Part shown: positions 37,490 to 50,500 of the stretch, one piece after another
How positions within the stretch are numbered: position 1 is the first letter of the stretch
Layout: each line of letters starts with the position of its first letter
NCBI RefSeq assembly: GCF_963921235.1
Contig: NC_086097.1
Coordinates: 239,074,001 to 239,138,000 of the forward strand
Reading direction: 5' to 3'
Length of the DNA stretch: 64,000 bases
Origin: Mobula hypostoma
Lineage: Eukaryota
Position numbers and translations under genes: made by a program
The notes under the pieces: generated by a model
Database searches by the model: none
Told to the model about the DNA's origin: nothing
Seen by the model: the letters and a program-made list of their open reading frames with translations, nothing else

Positions 37490-37680
37490 AAATCTTGAAC
37501 GTGCACAAAATGCTGAAGGAACTCAGCAAACAAGGCAGCAACTATGCAGAGGAATGAACAGTTGATGTTTCAGGCTGAGACCCTTCATCACAACTCCTCC
37601 TGTACCCAAAAAGCCAACTAATTATTCCCATCTCTAAATGTAGCCTGACTTGTTGAGTTCATCCAGCATTTAGTTGCTCT
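37490..37680. mobile_element. Older Penelope-like terminal repeat
   Basis: Minus strand reads gtgatgaagggtctcagcctgaaacatcaactg (hammerhead with C3 mutated); plus-strand remnant at 37630-37680. Confidence 0.7.
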
Positions 37681-37777
37681 TAATGAATTTGGTCAGAGCT
37701 TCTCGTCTGCAAATTGGCTAATGTGTTTACCACATTACAATTTTGAAAGTACTCCATTGACTTAAAATATAAGCACT

Positions 37778-39829
37778 GAGATTCATCTTTGAATCTGGAT
37801 GAGTATGCTGCAGTTGTTACTGACTTCATTAAAATCTGTGTGGATGAGTGTGTGCTTACAAAGACTTACTGTACTTTCCCAAACCAGAAGCCATGGATGA
37901 ACCAGGAGGTATGTTGTCTGCTGAAGTCTAGATCTGTGGCACTCAAGTCTGGCAACCCAGGCCTGTACCAGAAGACCAGGTATGATTTGTGGAGGGCTAT
38001 TTCAAAGGCAAAGAGACAATTTCGAACGAGGTTGGAGGCAATATCAGATGCACGGCAACTCTGGCAGGATCTGCAAGACACTACTTCCTACAACGTGAAA
38101 CCCCGTAGTATGAATGCCAGCGATGCTTCACTACCAGATGAACTAAACACCTTCTATGCACGCTTTGAAAGGGAGAACACAACTACAGCTGTGAAGATCC
38201 CTGTTGCACCTGATGACCCTGTGATCTCCATCTCCGAGGCCAATGTTAGACAGTCTTTAAAGAAAGTGAACCCTCGCAAGGCAGAAGGTCCCGATGGAGT
38301 AACTGGTAAGGCTCTGAAAACCTGTGCCAACCAACTCGCGGGAGTATTCAAGGACATTTTCAACTCTCACTCCTGTGGGCAGAAGTTCCCACTTGCTTCA
38401 AAAAGGCAACAATTATACCAGTGCCTAAGAAGAATAATGTGGGCTGCCTTAATGACTATCACCCCGTAGCACTCACATCAACAGTGATGAAATGCTTTGA
38501 GAGGTTAGTTATAACTGGACTGAACTCCTGCCTCAAGAAGGACCTGGATCCATTGCAGTTTGCCTATCGCCACAATAGGTCAGCGGCAAATGCAATCTCA
38601 ATGGCTCTCCACACTGCTTTAGACCACCTAGACAACACAAACACCTACGTCAAGATGCTGTTCATCGACTTTAGCTCAGCATTTAATACCATTATTCCCA
38701 CAATCCTGATTGAGAAGATGCAAAACCTGGGCCTCTGTACCTCCCTCTGCAATTAGATCCTCGACTTCCTAACCGGAAGACCACAGTCTGTGAGGATAGG
38801 TGATAACATATCCTCCTCGTTGACGATCAACACTGGCGCACCTCAGGGGTGTGTGTTTAGCCCACTGCTCTACTCTCTATATACCCATGACTGTGTGGCT
38901 AGGCATAGTTCAAATACCATCTGTAAATTTGCTGATGATACAACCATTGTTGGTAGAATCTCAGTTGGTGACAAGAGTATGTACAGGAGTGAGATATGCC
39001 AACTATTGGAGTGCTGCCACAGCAACAACCTGGCACTCAACATCAGTAAGATGAAAGAGCTGATTGTGGCTTCAGGAAGGGTAAGATGAAGGAACACATA
39101 CCAATCCTCATAGAGGGATCAGAAGTGGAGAGAGTGAGCAGCTTCAAGTTCCTGGGTGTCAAGATCTCTGAGGATCTAACCTGGTCCGCACATATCGATG
39201 TAGTTATAAAGAAGGCAAGACAGTGGCTATATTTTAATTGGGAGTTTAAAGAGATTTGGCATGAAAACAAATACAATCAAATAGTTGTACTGTGGAGAGC
39301 AGTCTAACAGGCTGCATCACTGTCTGGTATGGAGGGGCTGCTGCACAGGACCAAAAGAAGCTGCAGATGGATGTAAATCTAGTCAGCTCCATCTTGGGCA
39401 CTAGCCTACAAAGTACCCAGGACATCTTTAGGGAGCGGTGTCTCAGAAAGGTAGCGTCCATTATTAAGGACCTCCATCACCCAGGGCATGCCCTTTTCTC
39501 ACTGTTACCATCAGGTAAGAGATACAGGAGCCTGAAGGCACACACTCAGTGATTCAGGAACAGCTTCTTCCCCTCTGCCATCCAATTCCTGCTTTAGACA
39601 CTACCTCACTATTTTTTACCATAGAGTATTTCAGTTTTTGCACGTCTTTTAAAATCTATTCAATATATATAACTGATTTACTGGTTTATTTATTATTATG
39701 TTTTATTTTATCTATTATTATTTTTTTCTCTCTCTCTCTGCTAGATTATGTATTGCATTGAACTGCTGCTGCTAAGTTAACAAATTTCATGTCACATGCT
39801 GGTGATGATAAACCTGATTCTGATTCTGA
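37778..39829 (+). mobile_element. Rex1/Babar LINE, 5'-truncated, frameshifted RT
   Basis: [60 protein letters not shown]; ctgattctgattctga tail. Confidence 0.92.
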
Positions 39830-39882
39830 AGGTAGCAAAATAATGCAAGACCTTCTACTGTTTGCACCTCTTAAAAACACAA

Positions 39883-40165
39883 AGGCGGCAAGGTAGCATA
39901 ATGAATAGCACCATGCTTTACAGTACAGGTTATTGAGGTTCAATCCCCACCGCTGCCTGTAAGAAGTTTGTATGGTCTCCCTGTGACCAGGTGGGTGTCC
40001 TCCAGGTACTGCGATTTCCTCCCACATTGCAAAGACGTATTGGTTGGCAGGTTAATTGGTCCATGTAAATTGTCCCATGATTAGGCTAGGAGTAAATCGT
40101 AGGCAGTGTGGTTTAAAGGGCCGGAAAAGCCTATTCTGTGTTGTATCTCAATAAATAAATAAATA
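39883..40165 (+). mobile_element. V-SINE, near full length
   Basis: ggcggcaaggtagcata head, ggttcaatccc B box, core, and tail aagggccggaaaagcctattc...(aata)n. Confidence 0.85.
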
Positions 40166-40419
40166 GAAAAAATCATCATAGGCCAGGGAATAAATACCTG
40201 ACTTTATTTGACAGATTAATTTTTATATTTCATGGATATCTTTGCTGAGTCTTTGGGGAAACAAGCCTGACTTCCTTTCTTAAGTTTGTAGTCTGACCAA
40301 TGTGACAAAGTCCTCCACATCAAAGATCATGATACACTGAAATGGAGCAGCAACTCTTATAACTCGAAGAATATAGAGATATTTAGCACTTTCCCTCATG
40401 GAATTTTTATTTTACTTTT

Positions 40420-40650
40420 TATTTCGCTAGACTGCACTCTGACAGGTTCTTTCAGAGACCATGCTGCCCAATTACGTCATGTGGCTAATTAACCTACTAA
40501 CCTGTACGTCTTTGGAATGAGAGAGGAAACCAGAGCACCTGGAGTAAGCCAGGAAGAGTATACAAACTCCATAAAGATGGCGGCAGAATTGAACTCATGT
40601 GTTGGCACCGTAACGGCATTGGGCTAACTGCTATGCTATCTTGCTGCCCC
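40420..40650 (-). mobile_element. V-SINE
   Basis: tacgtctttggaatgagagaggaaaccagagcacctggag. Confidence 0.7.
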
Positions 40651-40747
40651 CTATGCGACTGTGCTGCTGGATAGGGATCATTTCACTCACGAGTTGCTGG
40701 ACTTGTCAATAGTGACTCATTTCAAGTAAATGAATCTCAGGATTGTC

Positions 40748-41483
40748 AGTGGATGATTAGAGGTGGAGAGAGTCAGTACCTTTGAATTCCTGGGTGTCAC
40801 TATCTCACAGGACTTGTCCTGGACCCAGCATATACATATAATTGCAAAGAAAGCACGCCTCTACTTCCTTAGGAGTTGCGGAGACTCAGCATGTCACCAA
40901 AAACCTTGACAAACATCTAAAGATGTGTGGTGGAAAGTGTAATGACTGGCTGCATTATGGCCTGGTATGGGAACACCAATGCCTTTGTGTGGAAAATCCT
41001 ACAAAAGGTAGTGGATTTGGCCTAGTAAAGCCCTCACAACCATTGAGCACATCTACATGAAACTTTGCCATAGAAAAGCAGCATCCCATCATCAACGATC
41101 CTCACCATCCAGGCCACACTCTTTTCTTGCTGCTGCCATCAGGTAGAAGGTACAAGTGCCACAGGACTCATTCAATCACTTTCAAGAACAGTTACTGCTC
41201 CTCAACCATCAGGCTTTTGAGCAAAAGAGGGTAACTGCACTCATTTTATTTTTGTTGTTTCCACAACTGATGTTCTCGCTTTAAAGACTTTTTATCTTGT
41301 TATTTCATGCTTTTGGTTATTTATTGCTATCTATTTATAATTGCATTCACACAATTTGTTGTTCATTGATCCTGTATACTGTTGCTGTTCTATAGATTTC
41401 CTAAGTACACCCGCAGAAAGAAGAATCTCAGGGTTTTATGTGGTGACATGTATGTATCTGAAAATAAATTTACTTAGAACTTT
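40748..41483 (+). mobile_element. Rex1/Babar 3' fragment
   Basis: gaggtggagagagtcagt...ttcctgggtgtcactatctc; tail aatctcagggtt...aataaatttacttagaacttt. Confidence 0.8.
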
Positions 41484-41694
41484 ATTAATCCCATTCTACC
41501 TCTTCTGATTTCCCAATACCTTGAAACTTAGTTTCTCTTACACCTGCTCATCAATGCCCTATAATTCTATGTTTTTGCCATTGAACAATGCTGATTGGGT
41601 GACTGAAGATTTCTGGTGAAAACTTGCTTTTAAAAATAAATGAAATAAAGGAAATTGCCATAAATCAGTCAAAGATAGAGATAGAATAAGATGA

Positions 41695-42233
41695 CATAGA
41701 CCATAAGATATAAGAGCAGCATTTGGTCATTTGGCCCATCGAGTCTGTTCCACCATTTCATCATGGCTGATCCATTTTTCCCTCTCAGCCCCTATTTCCT
41801 GCCTTCTCCGCATATCCCTTCATGCCCTGACTAATCAGGAATCTATATCTTAAATATACCCAATCACTTGTCCTCCACAACCACCTGTGGCAATGAATCC
41901 ACAGATTCACTACCCTCTGGCTAAAGAACGTTAGAAACATAGAAACACAGAAAACCTTCAGCACAATACAAGCCCTTCGGCCCACAAAGCTGTGCCGAAC
42001 ATGCCCTTACCTTAGAACTACCTAGGCTTACCCATAGCCCTCTATTTTTTCTAAGCTCCATGTATCCATCCAGGAGTCTCTTAAAATACCCTATCGTTTC
42101 CACCTCCACCACCGCCGCCAGCAGCCCATTCCACATACTCACCACTCTCTGGGTAAAAAACTTAACCCTGACATCTTTTCTGTACCTACTTCCAAGCACC
42201 TTAAAACTATGCCCTGCCATGCTAGCCATTTCA
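41695..42233 (-). mobile_element. Two adjacent CR1 3' fragments (41695-41929 and 41930-42233)
   Basis: FFSQRVVNLW and GHSFKVLGSRYRKDVRVKFFTQRVVSMWNGL; distinct tails (cataagatataag; tagaaacatagaaac). Confidence 0.85.
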
Positions 42234-43016
42234 GTTGAAATTGTTATTTTCTAAATATGTTCATTCATGTATTTTTTTTTCTCTACCTGGAATCTAAATG
42301 GTAGTGAAAATATTCTGATAAAAGTAAATCTATTTTTGGCTGGGCATTTAAATTATTTTTCACACCCAAAGATCACCTTGAGCATCAACTTTGTCATAAG
42401 TTGTACTCAGATTGCTGTTAAGATTTTAACTATGATTCAAAATGAACTTTACGATGCTCCACACACTCATCACATCCCAGAATGAAGTGAATTGTAGGGC
42501 TTCAGAACCTTGTGATAGAGATGGCACTCTATCACAGTTTATATTGAACACAAACCATTGCCTAAAGAATGGAATGTACAGTACGTTTGCTCAAATGTAA
42601 CTCATTATATATAAGATATATAATGCCCTTGTTTTATTCAATTAGCTTCTGAAGCTCAATAACCAAGCATTTACATTTCTGGTTATTTGACAGGCACTTA
42701 CAATCAACCTCGATCATAATACTTATGCCACCCATTGAAAATGGTCTGGAAACTTCCTATACAATCTATCATTGTAAGAGTTAGGCCACTGGTCTTTGTG
42801 CATTTCCATCCTTCATTGCATTGTACATTGTCGTTTGAAATTGAAGTCAACATGCAACAATTCAACAGGGGAGATTCCTGCATTGGTCATACACTTTGTA
42901 ATAATGAGCGACAGCCGAATGTAGTTTTCATTATATGCATACAGCCCAGTCCACTACGGGCAAATACCTCCCTATCATTGAGCATATTTGCAACAAGGAA
43001 GCAGCATCCATCAATA

Positions 43017-43625
43017 ATAGTCATAGTCATACGTTATTGATCCCGGGGGAAATTGATTTTCGTTACAGTTGCACCATAAGTAATAAATAGTAGTAGAACC
43101 ATAAATAGTTAAATAGTAATATGTAAATTATGCCAGTAAATTATGGAATAAGTCCAGGACCAGCCTATTGGCTCAGGGTGTCTGACCCTCCAAGGGTGGA
43201 GTTGTAAAGTCTGATGGCCACAGGCAGGAATGACTTCCTATGATGCTCTGTGCTGCATTTCGGTGGAATGAGTCTCTGGCTGAATGTACTCCTGGCCCAC
43301 CCAGTACATTATGTAGTGGATGGGAGACATTGACTAACATGGCATATAACTTAGACAGCATCCTCTTTTCAGACACCACCGTGAGAGAGTCCAGTTCCAT
43401 CCCCACAACATCACTGGCCTTACGAATGAGTTTGTTGATTCTGCTGGTGTCTGCTACCCTCAGCCTGCTGCCCCAGCACACAACAGCAAACATGATAGCA
43501 CTGGCCACCACAGACCCGTAGAACATTCTCAGCATCGTCCGGCAGATGTTAAAGGACCTCAGTCTCCTCAGGAAATAGAGATGGTTCTGACCCTTCCTGT
43601 AGACAGCCTCAGTGTTCTTTGACCA
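43017..43625 (-). mobile_element. Rex1/Babar 3' fragment nested in a plus-strand Rex fragment (about 42935-44005)
   Basis: MFYGSVVASAIMFAVVCWG...HPLH; (agtcat)n tail; the host agcagcatccatcaat|taaggactccaccatccag is split. Confidence 0.8.
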
Positions 43626-44677
43626 CTAAGGACTCCACCATCCAGAAAATTCGCACTTCTTGCTACAGGCAGGAAGTACAGGAGCCTTAGGCCCTGCACC
43701 ACCAGGTTCAGGAAGAATTATTACTCTTCAGTAATCAGGCTCCCGAACTGGTGTGGAGTGTGGATAACTTCACTCACCACAATACAGTATTAACTGATTC
43801 CACAATCTACAGACACACTTCCAAGAACTGTATAACTCATGTTCTCAATATTGTTTCTTTTCTTTTATTTGCTCAAATTGTCTTCTTTTGCATATTGGTT
43901 GTTCTTCTGTATTTGCTCATGCACAGTGTTTTTCATAAAATCTACTGGTAGGAGATAGTTACATATACGTACTTTGATAACAAATTTACTTTGATTTTAA
44001 CTCTAATTCCCTTGAATTAGATGCTTGGTAAATACTGTCAATTTGATAAAAAGGAAAAAAAAATACAGTTGCAAACATAAGATAATGAAATATCTGATAG
44101 CTTACATCTGATTCAACAAAAGATATGCAGAATATGTCTCATATTTCGTCAGAACTATGAAGGCCATTAGGCCTATCAATTCTATGTAGCCTATTCTTTT
44201 TCACATGACTAAAAACTCCACACCCCCTCCTTAATATGCTACCATCCATCTGCACTAAGGGCAATTTTTAGTATGCTCTAAGCAGATCTTTAGATGGAGA
44301 AGGAAACTTGAGCATCTGGTGGAAGCCCACATATTCACAGGGAGAGCGTGGCAAACCCCATAGAGACAGCAACAAAAATGCAGGCTGAACGTAACTTACA
44401 GGAATTCTGCAGCATCAGTCCTAATCGCTGTGCACTTGTGCTATCTATTTGGAATTTAACTGAACTTCAGTGCTATCACTAACAATAAGTTTCAGAAGTA
44501 AACATTTTTCATTGGTTCTATTGTATGTCTTTGTACTACTAAGAACGCCAGCAAGAAAATGGACCTCCAGGTTGTATATGGTGTCATACTCATACTTCGA
44601 TAATAAATTTAATTTTACTTTGACAATTCCGGAGTGAACGCAGTTTTTTACTACTCGGGGTAAAAGAGAGGCGAAAC

Positions 44678-44724
44678 TGCGCAGGCGCGTGACGTCAGCC
44701 AGTACAGCGCAAAAGGTTTAAAAA
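44678..44724 (+). promoter_or_regulatory. Putative CR1 promoter cluster: NRF1-like, CRE and TATA-like motifs
   Basis: tgcgcaggcgc at 44678-44688, tgacgtca at 44690-44697, tttaaaaa at 44717-44724. Confidence 0.45.
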
Positions 44725-44871
44725 GAAGACCGTCATATCCAGCGGGCAGCATTTGGAGCGGGCAGCGGAGTGAGAAACAGCAGAGTGATAGGGCTTTGGC
44801 TCAACGGGCTTAGGAGGAAACAGGACGTGGCCAGGTAGGTTTACCGGTGTTATTTGCAGAAAGGAGGAAGT

Positions 44872-45776
44872 ATGTGTGTGAGGCTAGTTTTCTGTGCTCG
44901 GTGTCAGATGTGAGAGGTCCTGGAGTCTCCCAGCCTCCCGGACGTCCATATCTGCACCAGGTGTGTTGAGCTGCAGCTCGTAAGAGACCAAGTTAGGGAA
45001 CGAGAGATACAGCTCAATGACCTTCACCTTGTCAGGGAGAGAGAGGAGGTGATAGAAAGGAGTTATAAGCAGATGGTCACACCGGGGCCACAGGAAACAG
45101 GCAAGTGGGTCACAGTCAGGAGGGGGAAGGAGAAAAGTCAGGTACTAGAGAGTACCCCTGTGGCTGTACACCTTGACAATAAGTACTCCTGTTTGAGTAC
45201 TGTTGAGTAGAGGACAGCCTACCTGGGGAAAACGATAGTAGCCATGCCTCTGGCACAGAGTCTGGCCCTGTGGCTCAGAAGGGTAGGGAAAAGAAGAGGA
45301 AGGCAGTAGTGATAGGGGACTGTATAGTTAGGGGGTCAGACAGGAGATTCTGTAGACGGAGGAAAGAAACTACTCGCATGGTAGTTTGCCTCCCATTGCC
45401 AGGGTCTGGGATGTTTCAGATCAAGTCCAAGGTATCCTGCAGTGGGAGGGAGAACAGCCAAATACACATTGGTACCAATGACATAGGTAGGAAAAGGGAA
45501 GAGGTCCTGAAAAAAGAGTACAGGCAGTTAGAAAGGAAATTGAGAAGCAAGACCGCAAAGGTAGTAACCTCGGGATTACTGTCTGTGCCACGCGACAGTG
45601 AGAATAGGAATAGACTAAGGTGGATGATAAATGTGTGGTTGAGGGATTGGAACAGGGGACAGGGATTCAGATTTCTGGATCATTGGGACCTGTACAAAAA
45701 GGACAGGTTGCACTTGAATGCCGGGGGACCAATATCCTGGCGGGAAGGTTTGCTAAGGCTACTGGGGAGAGCTTAA
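44872..45776 (+). pseudogene. CR1 ORF1 (CxxC..CxxC finger, coiled coil, SGNH esterase), disrupted
   Basis: MCVRLVFCARCQM*...ICTRC...KWVTV...LDNKY, then VVIGDCIVRG, HIGTND, DRLHLN; contains stops and frameshifts. Confidence 0.85.
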
Positions 45777-45783
45777 ACTAGAA

Positions 45784-48670
45784 TTGTTGGGGTGTGGGAA
45801 CCAAAATGAAGAGACTGGAGAAGAGGAGGTTGGCTCACAAATAGAGAAAGCTTGTATACAGTGCGAGAGGGAGGATAGGCAGGTGATAGAGAAGGGACGT
45901 GCTCAGACCAAAGGTTTGAGATGCATCTATTTTAACGCAAGGTGTGTTGTGAACAAAGCAGGTGAGCTTAGAGCCTAGGTCAGTACTTGGAGATATGATG
46001 TGGTGACCATTACAGAGACTTGGATGGTTACGTCAAGAGCCAGGTTTTCGATGTTTCAGAAAGGACAGGGAGGGAGGCAAAAAAGGTGGGGGCGTGGTAC
46101 TGTCGATCAGAGATAACGTCACGGCAGCAGAAAAGGTGGACGCCATGGAGGGATTGTCTACGGAGTCTCTGTGGTTGGAGGTTAGGAACAAGAAGAGGTC
46201 AATAACTTTATTGTTTTTTTTAATATAGGCTGCCCAATTGTATCAGGGAAATCGAGGAGCAGATAGAGAAACAGATTCTGGAAAGGTGTAATAATAACAG
46301 AGTTGTCGTGATGGGAGATTTTAATTTCCGAAATATTGATTGGCATCTCCCTAGAGCAAGGGGTTAGATGGGGTGGAGTTTGTTAAGTGTGTTCAGGCAG
46401 GTTTTTTGACACAATATGTAGATAAGCCGACAAGAGGAGAGGCTGTACTTGATTTGGTACTGGGACATGAATCTGGTCAGGTGTCAGATCTCTCAGTGGA
46501 AGAGCATTTTGGAGATAGTGATCATAATTCTAAGTCCTTTACAATAGCATTGGAGAGAGATAGGAACAGACAAGTTAGAAAAGCGTTTAATTGGAGTAAG
46601 GGGAATTATGAGGCTATCAGGCAGGAAATTGGAAGCTTAAATTGGAAACAGATGTTCTCAGGGAAAAGTACGGAAGAAAAGTGACAAATGTTCAGGGGAT
46701 TCTCGGGTGGAGTTCTGCATAGGTACGTTCCAATGAGACAGGGAAATTGTGGTAGGGTATAGGAACCGTGGTATATAAAGGCTGTAGTAAATCTAGTCAA
46801 GAAGAAAAGAAAAGCTTACAAAAGGTTTAGAGAGCTAGGTAATGTTAGAGATCTAGAAGATTATAAAGCTAATAGGAAGGAGCTTAAGAAGGAAATTAGG
46901 AGAGCCAGAAGGGGCCATGAGAAGGCCTTGGCAGGCAGGATTAAAGAAAACCCCAAGGAATTCGACAAGTATGTGAAGAGCAAGAGGATAAGATGTGAAA
47001 TAATAGGACCTATCAAGTGTGACAGTGGGAAAGTGTGTATGGAACTGGAGGAAATAGCAGAGGTACTTAATGAATACTTTACTTCAGTATTCACAGTGGA
47101 AAAGAATCCTGGTGATTGTTGTGATGACTTACAGCAGACTGAAAAGCTTGAGCATGTAGATATTAAGAAAGAGTATGTGCTGGAGCTTTTGGAAAGCATC
47201 AAGTTGGATAAGTCTCCGGGACTGGATGAGATGTACTCCAGGCTACTGTGGGATGCAAGGGTGGAGATTGCTGAGCCTCTGGCATCATCAATAAGGACGA
47301 GAGAGGTTCCGGATGATTGGAGGGTTGCAGATGTTGTTCCTTCATTCAAGAAAGGGAGTAGAGATAGCCCAGGAAATTATAGACCAGTGAGTCTTACCTC
47401 AGTGGTTGGTAAGTTAATGGAGAAGATCCTGAGAGGCAGGATTTATGAACATTTGGAGAGGTATAATATGATTAGGAATAGATAGCATAGCTTTGTCAAG
47501 GGCAGGTCGAACCTTACGAAACTGATTGAATTTTCTGAGGATGTGACTAAACACATTGATGAAGGAAGAGTAGTAGATGTAGTATATATGGATTTTAGCA
47601 AGGCATTTGATAAGGTACCCCATGCCAGGCTTATTGAGGAAGTAAGGAGGCATAGGATCCAAGGGGACATTGCTTTGTGGCTCCAGAACTGGCTTGCCCA
47701 CAGAAGGCAAAGAGTGGTTGCAGATGGGTCATATTCTGCATGGAGGTCAGTCACCAGTGGTGTGCCTCAGGGATCTGTTCTGGGACTCTTACTCTTCGTG
47801 ATTTTTATAAATGACCTGGATGAGGAAGTGGAGGGATGGGTTAGTAAGTTTGCTGATGACACAAAGGTTGGGGGTGTTGTGGATAGTGTGAAGGGCTGTC
47901 AGAGGTTACAGCGGAACATTGATAGGATGCAAAACTGGGCTGAGAAGTGGCAAATGGAGTTCAACCCAGATAAGTGTGAAGTGGTTCATTTTGGTAGGTC
48001 AAATATGATGGTAGAATATAGTATTAATGATAAGACTCTTGGCAGTGTGGAGAATTATGAGGGATCTTGGGGTCCGAGTCCATAGGACACTCAAAGCAGC
48101 TGCGCAGGTTGACTCCATGGTTAAGAAAGCATACGGCGTATTGGCCTTCATCAATCGTGGAATTGAATTTAGGAGCCGAGAGGTAATGTTGCAGCTATAT
48201 AGGACCCTGGTCAGACCCCACTTGGAGTACTGAGCTCAGTTCTAGTCACCTCACTACAGGAAGGATGTGGAAGCCATAGAAAGGGTGCAGAAGAGATTTA
48301 CAAGGATGTTGCCTAGATTGGGGAGCATGCCTTATGAGAATAGGTTGAGTGAACTCGGCCTTTTCTGCTTGGAGCGACGGAGGATGACAGATGACCTGAT
48401 GGAGGTGTATAAGATGATGAGAGGCATTGATCGTGTGGATAGTCAGAGGCTTTTTCCCAGGGCTGAAATGGCTGCCACTAGAGGACACAGGTTTAAGGTG
48501 CTGGGGAGTAGGTACAGAGGAGATGTCAGGCGTAAGTTTCTACTCAGAGTGGTGAGTGCGTGGAATGGGTTGCCGGCGATGGTGGTGGAAGCGGATACGA
48601 TAGGGTCTTTTAAAAGACTGTTGGATAGGTAAATGGAGCTTAGAAATACAGAGGGCTATGGGTAAGCCTT
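45784..48670 (+). pseudogene. CR1 ORF2 (AP endonuclease plus reverse transcriptase), disrupted
   Basis: CIYFNAR, GDFN, PTRGEAVLDLVL, GDSDH, KSPGLD, GNYRPVSLTS, YMDFSKAFDKVPH, GVPQGS, KFADD, spread over several frames. Confidence 0.9.
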
Positions 48671-49882
48671 GTAATCTCTAAGGAAAGGGCATGTTCGACA
48701 CAACTTTGTGGGCCAAAGGGCCTGTATTGTTCTGTAGGTTTTCTATGTTTCTATCAGTGACACCATGGTTCCTCTCAGCCTAGATTTGTTCAAACAGCCT
48801 TTAATGTGCTAAATATCTATTTCCCTATATACTATCAATTAAATATCTGTACAAAACATCATAAGTCCCAGAGTTTCTAACTATCTGTTGCAAATTTTGT
48901 GGTTGTTCAGTTACATTTTTTGCTACCATTTTGCAAGCATGATTTCCATTGAATAACGCCCACGTCTAAAGCTCAAAGTACATATATTTTACCATATACA
49001 ACCCTGAGATTAATTTTCTTACAATCATTCATGGTAGATACAACAGAACACCATAGAATCAATATAAAACTACACACAAACAACAATAAACAAACAACCA
49101 ATGTGCAAAGGGAAACACACTGTGCAAATACAAAAGACAAATAATAATAAGTAAATAATAAATAATATTGAGAACGAGTTGCAGAATCCTTGAAAGTATG
49201 TCCTTGAACACAGCTACTTCACATGAATAATGAATTTATCATATGATGTCCATCTACAATCTGTAATTCGAGTGTGAGCAGCTTATAAATGTTAGATTAT
49301 TAATGTCGCATTGAATAAAAATTTTGGAAGTATTATTGGTGAAATTATCTAAATGGAAGATATGAAAAAAATTCTGTATTCAAATGTAGGAATAACTATA
49401 ATAAAATAAAGAGTCTGCAATCCGCTGATGATAAATATTGTGAAAAATTCATTCTTCAAAGTAACTTGACAGTTCAAATTTATTTTCTTGATCACAGAAA
49501 AATTGTTTACTTTCTTTTCTTGTATATTGTTTGCTCAAATTATAACCGGTAATGTCAAACCTAATATATCTAAAAATGGGCTTTATCATAAAATAAATTA
49601 ATATGCCTACAGTTTGCAAGGAGTCTGATTTTACATAACTGACAGTGATTTTTAAAATGTGACAGGTCTTTACTGGTTTGAATCTTCTACATAAATTAGT
49701 TCCTTGGTAAATTAAACTTTAAACAAAATACATCGATGATTTTCCCTCAGGATTGATTTGTAAGAAGCTCTTCTAAAAAGTCTATGATAAATTTTTCCAA
49801 TTTCTTTAAACAATATTCTTAATTTGCTGTTCAAGTCATTCACAACTTATTCCAAAGTCTTATTTACTTGCCAGGCCCTATG

Positions 49883-49963
49883 CAGGGGTTCTCAAACTTT
49901 TTGAATGCCGTGGACCCCTATCATTAACCAAGGGGTCTGTTGACCATAGTTTGGGAACCCCTA
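49883..49963. mobile_element. Short hAT MITE
   Basis: caggggttctcaaac...gtttgggaacccct TIRs. Confidence 0.7.
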
Positions 49964-50269
49964 TCCTAAGTAGATGTACGATTATACAGCAGTAATTTAT
50001 TAGTCAACCCTCCGAAAACCTTGTAAAAATCAGGGATTCAATCTAGATTCTCTATTATTGGTGACTACAAGATGATCCCTTCGACAGGGAAATAATAAGT
50101 CTTCACGTTGTATTTATCTGTCAGTTAAACACACATTTTCTTCTCAAACAAAAGCAGAAAATGTTGGAAACACTCAGCAGATCAAACAGTGTCTGTGGAA
50201 AAATTGATATTTAAGGTTGAAAATCCTTCTTCAGAACTGGGGAAATCACACCCAATGGTTTAGCTTCCA

Positions 50270-50500
50270 TGACCATCTGTACAATGAATTCCACAGATTC
50301 ACCACCCTCTGGCAAAATAAATTCCTCATCATCTTGGTTCAGAATAGATGTCCCTCTATTCTTAGGTTGTATCGTATGGTCCTACGCACCCTCGCTATAG
50401 GAAGCAACCTTTCCACATCCACTCTATTTAGGCCTTTCAGCATTTGATGGGTTTCAATGAGATTCCGCGCCCACCCCCCACCTCATTCTTCTAAATTCCA
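50270..50500 (-). mobile_element. CR1 fragment
   Basis: gaattccacagattcaccaccctctgg...cttctaaattccagtgagtaca. Confidence 0.75.

Larger units (their letters stand above)
44626..48754 (+). mobile_element. Full-length decayed CR1 LINE (~4.1 kb)
   Basis: CpG-rich 5' UTR, zinc-finger/esterase ORF1, APE-RT ORF2, ttttctatgtttctat tail. The 5' boundary is approximate. Confidence 0.92.
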
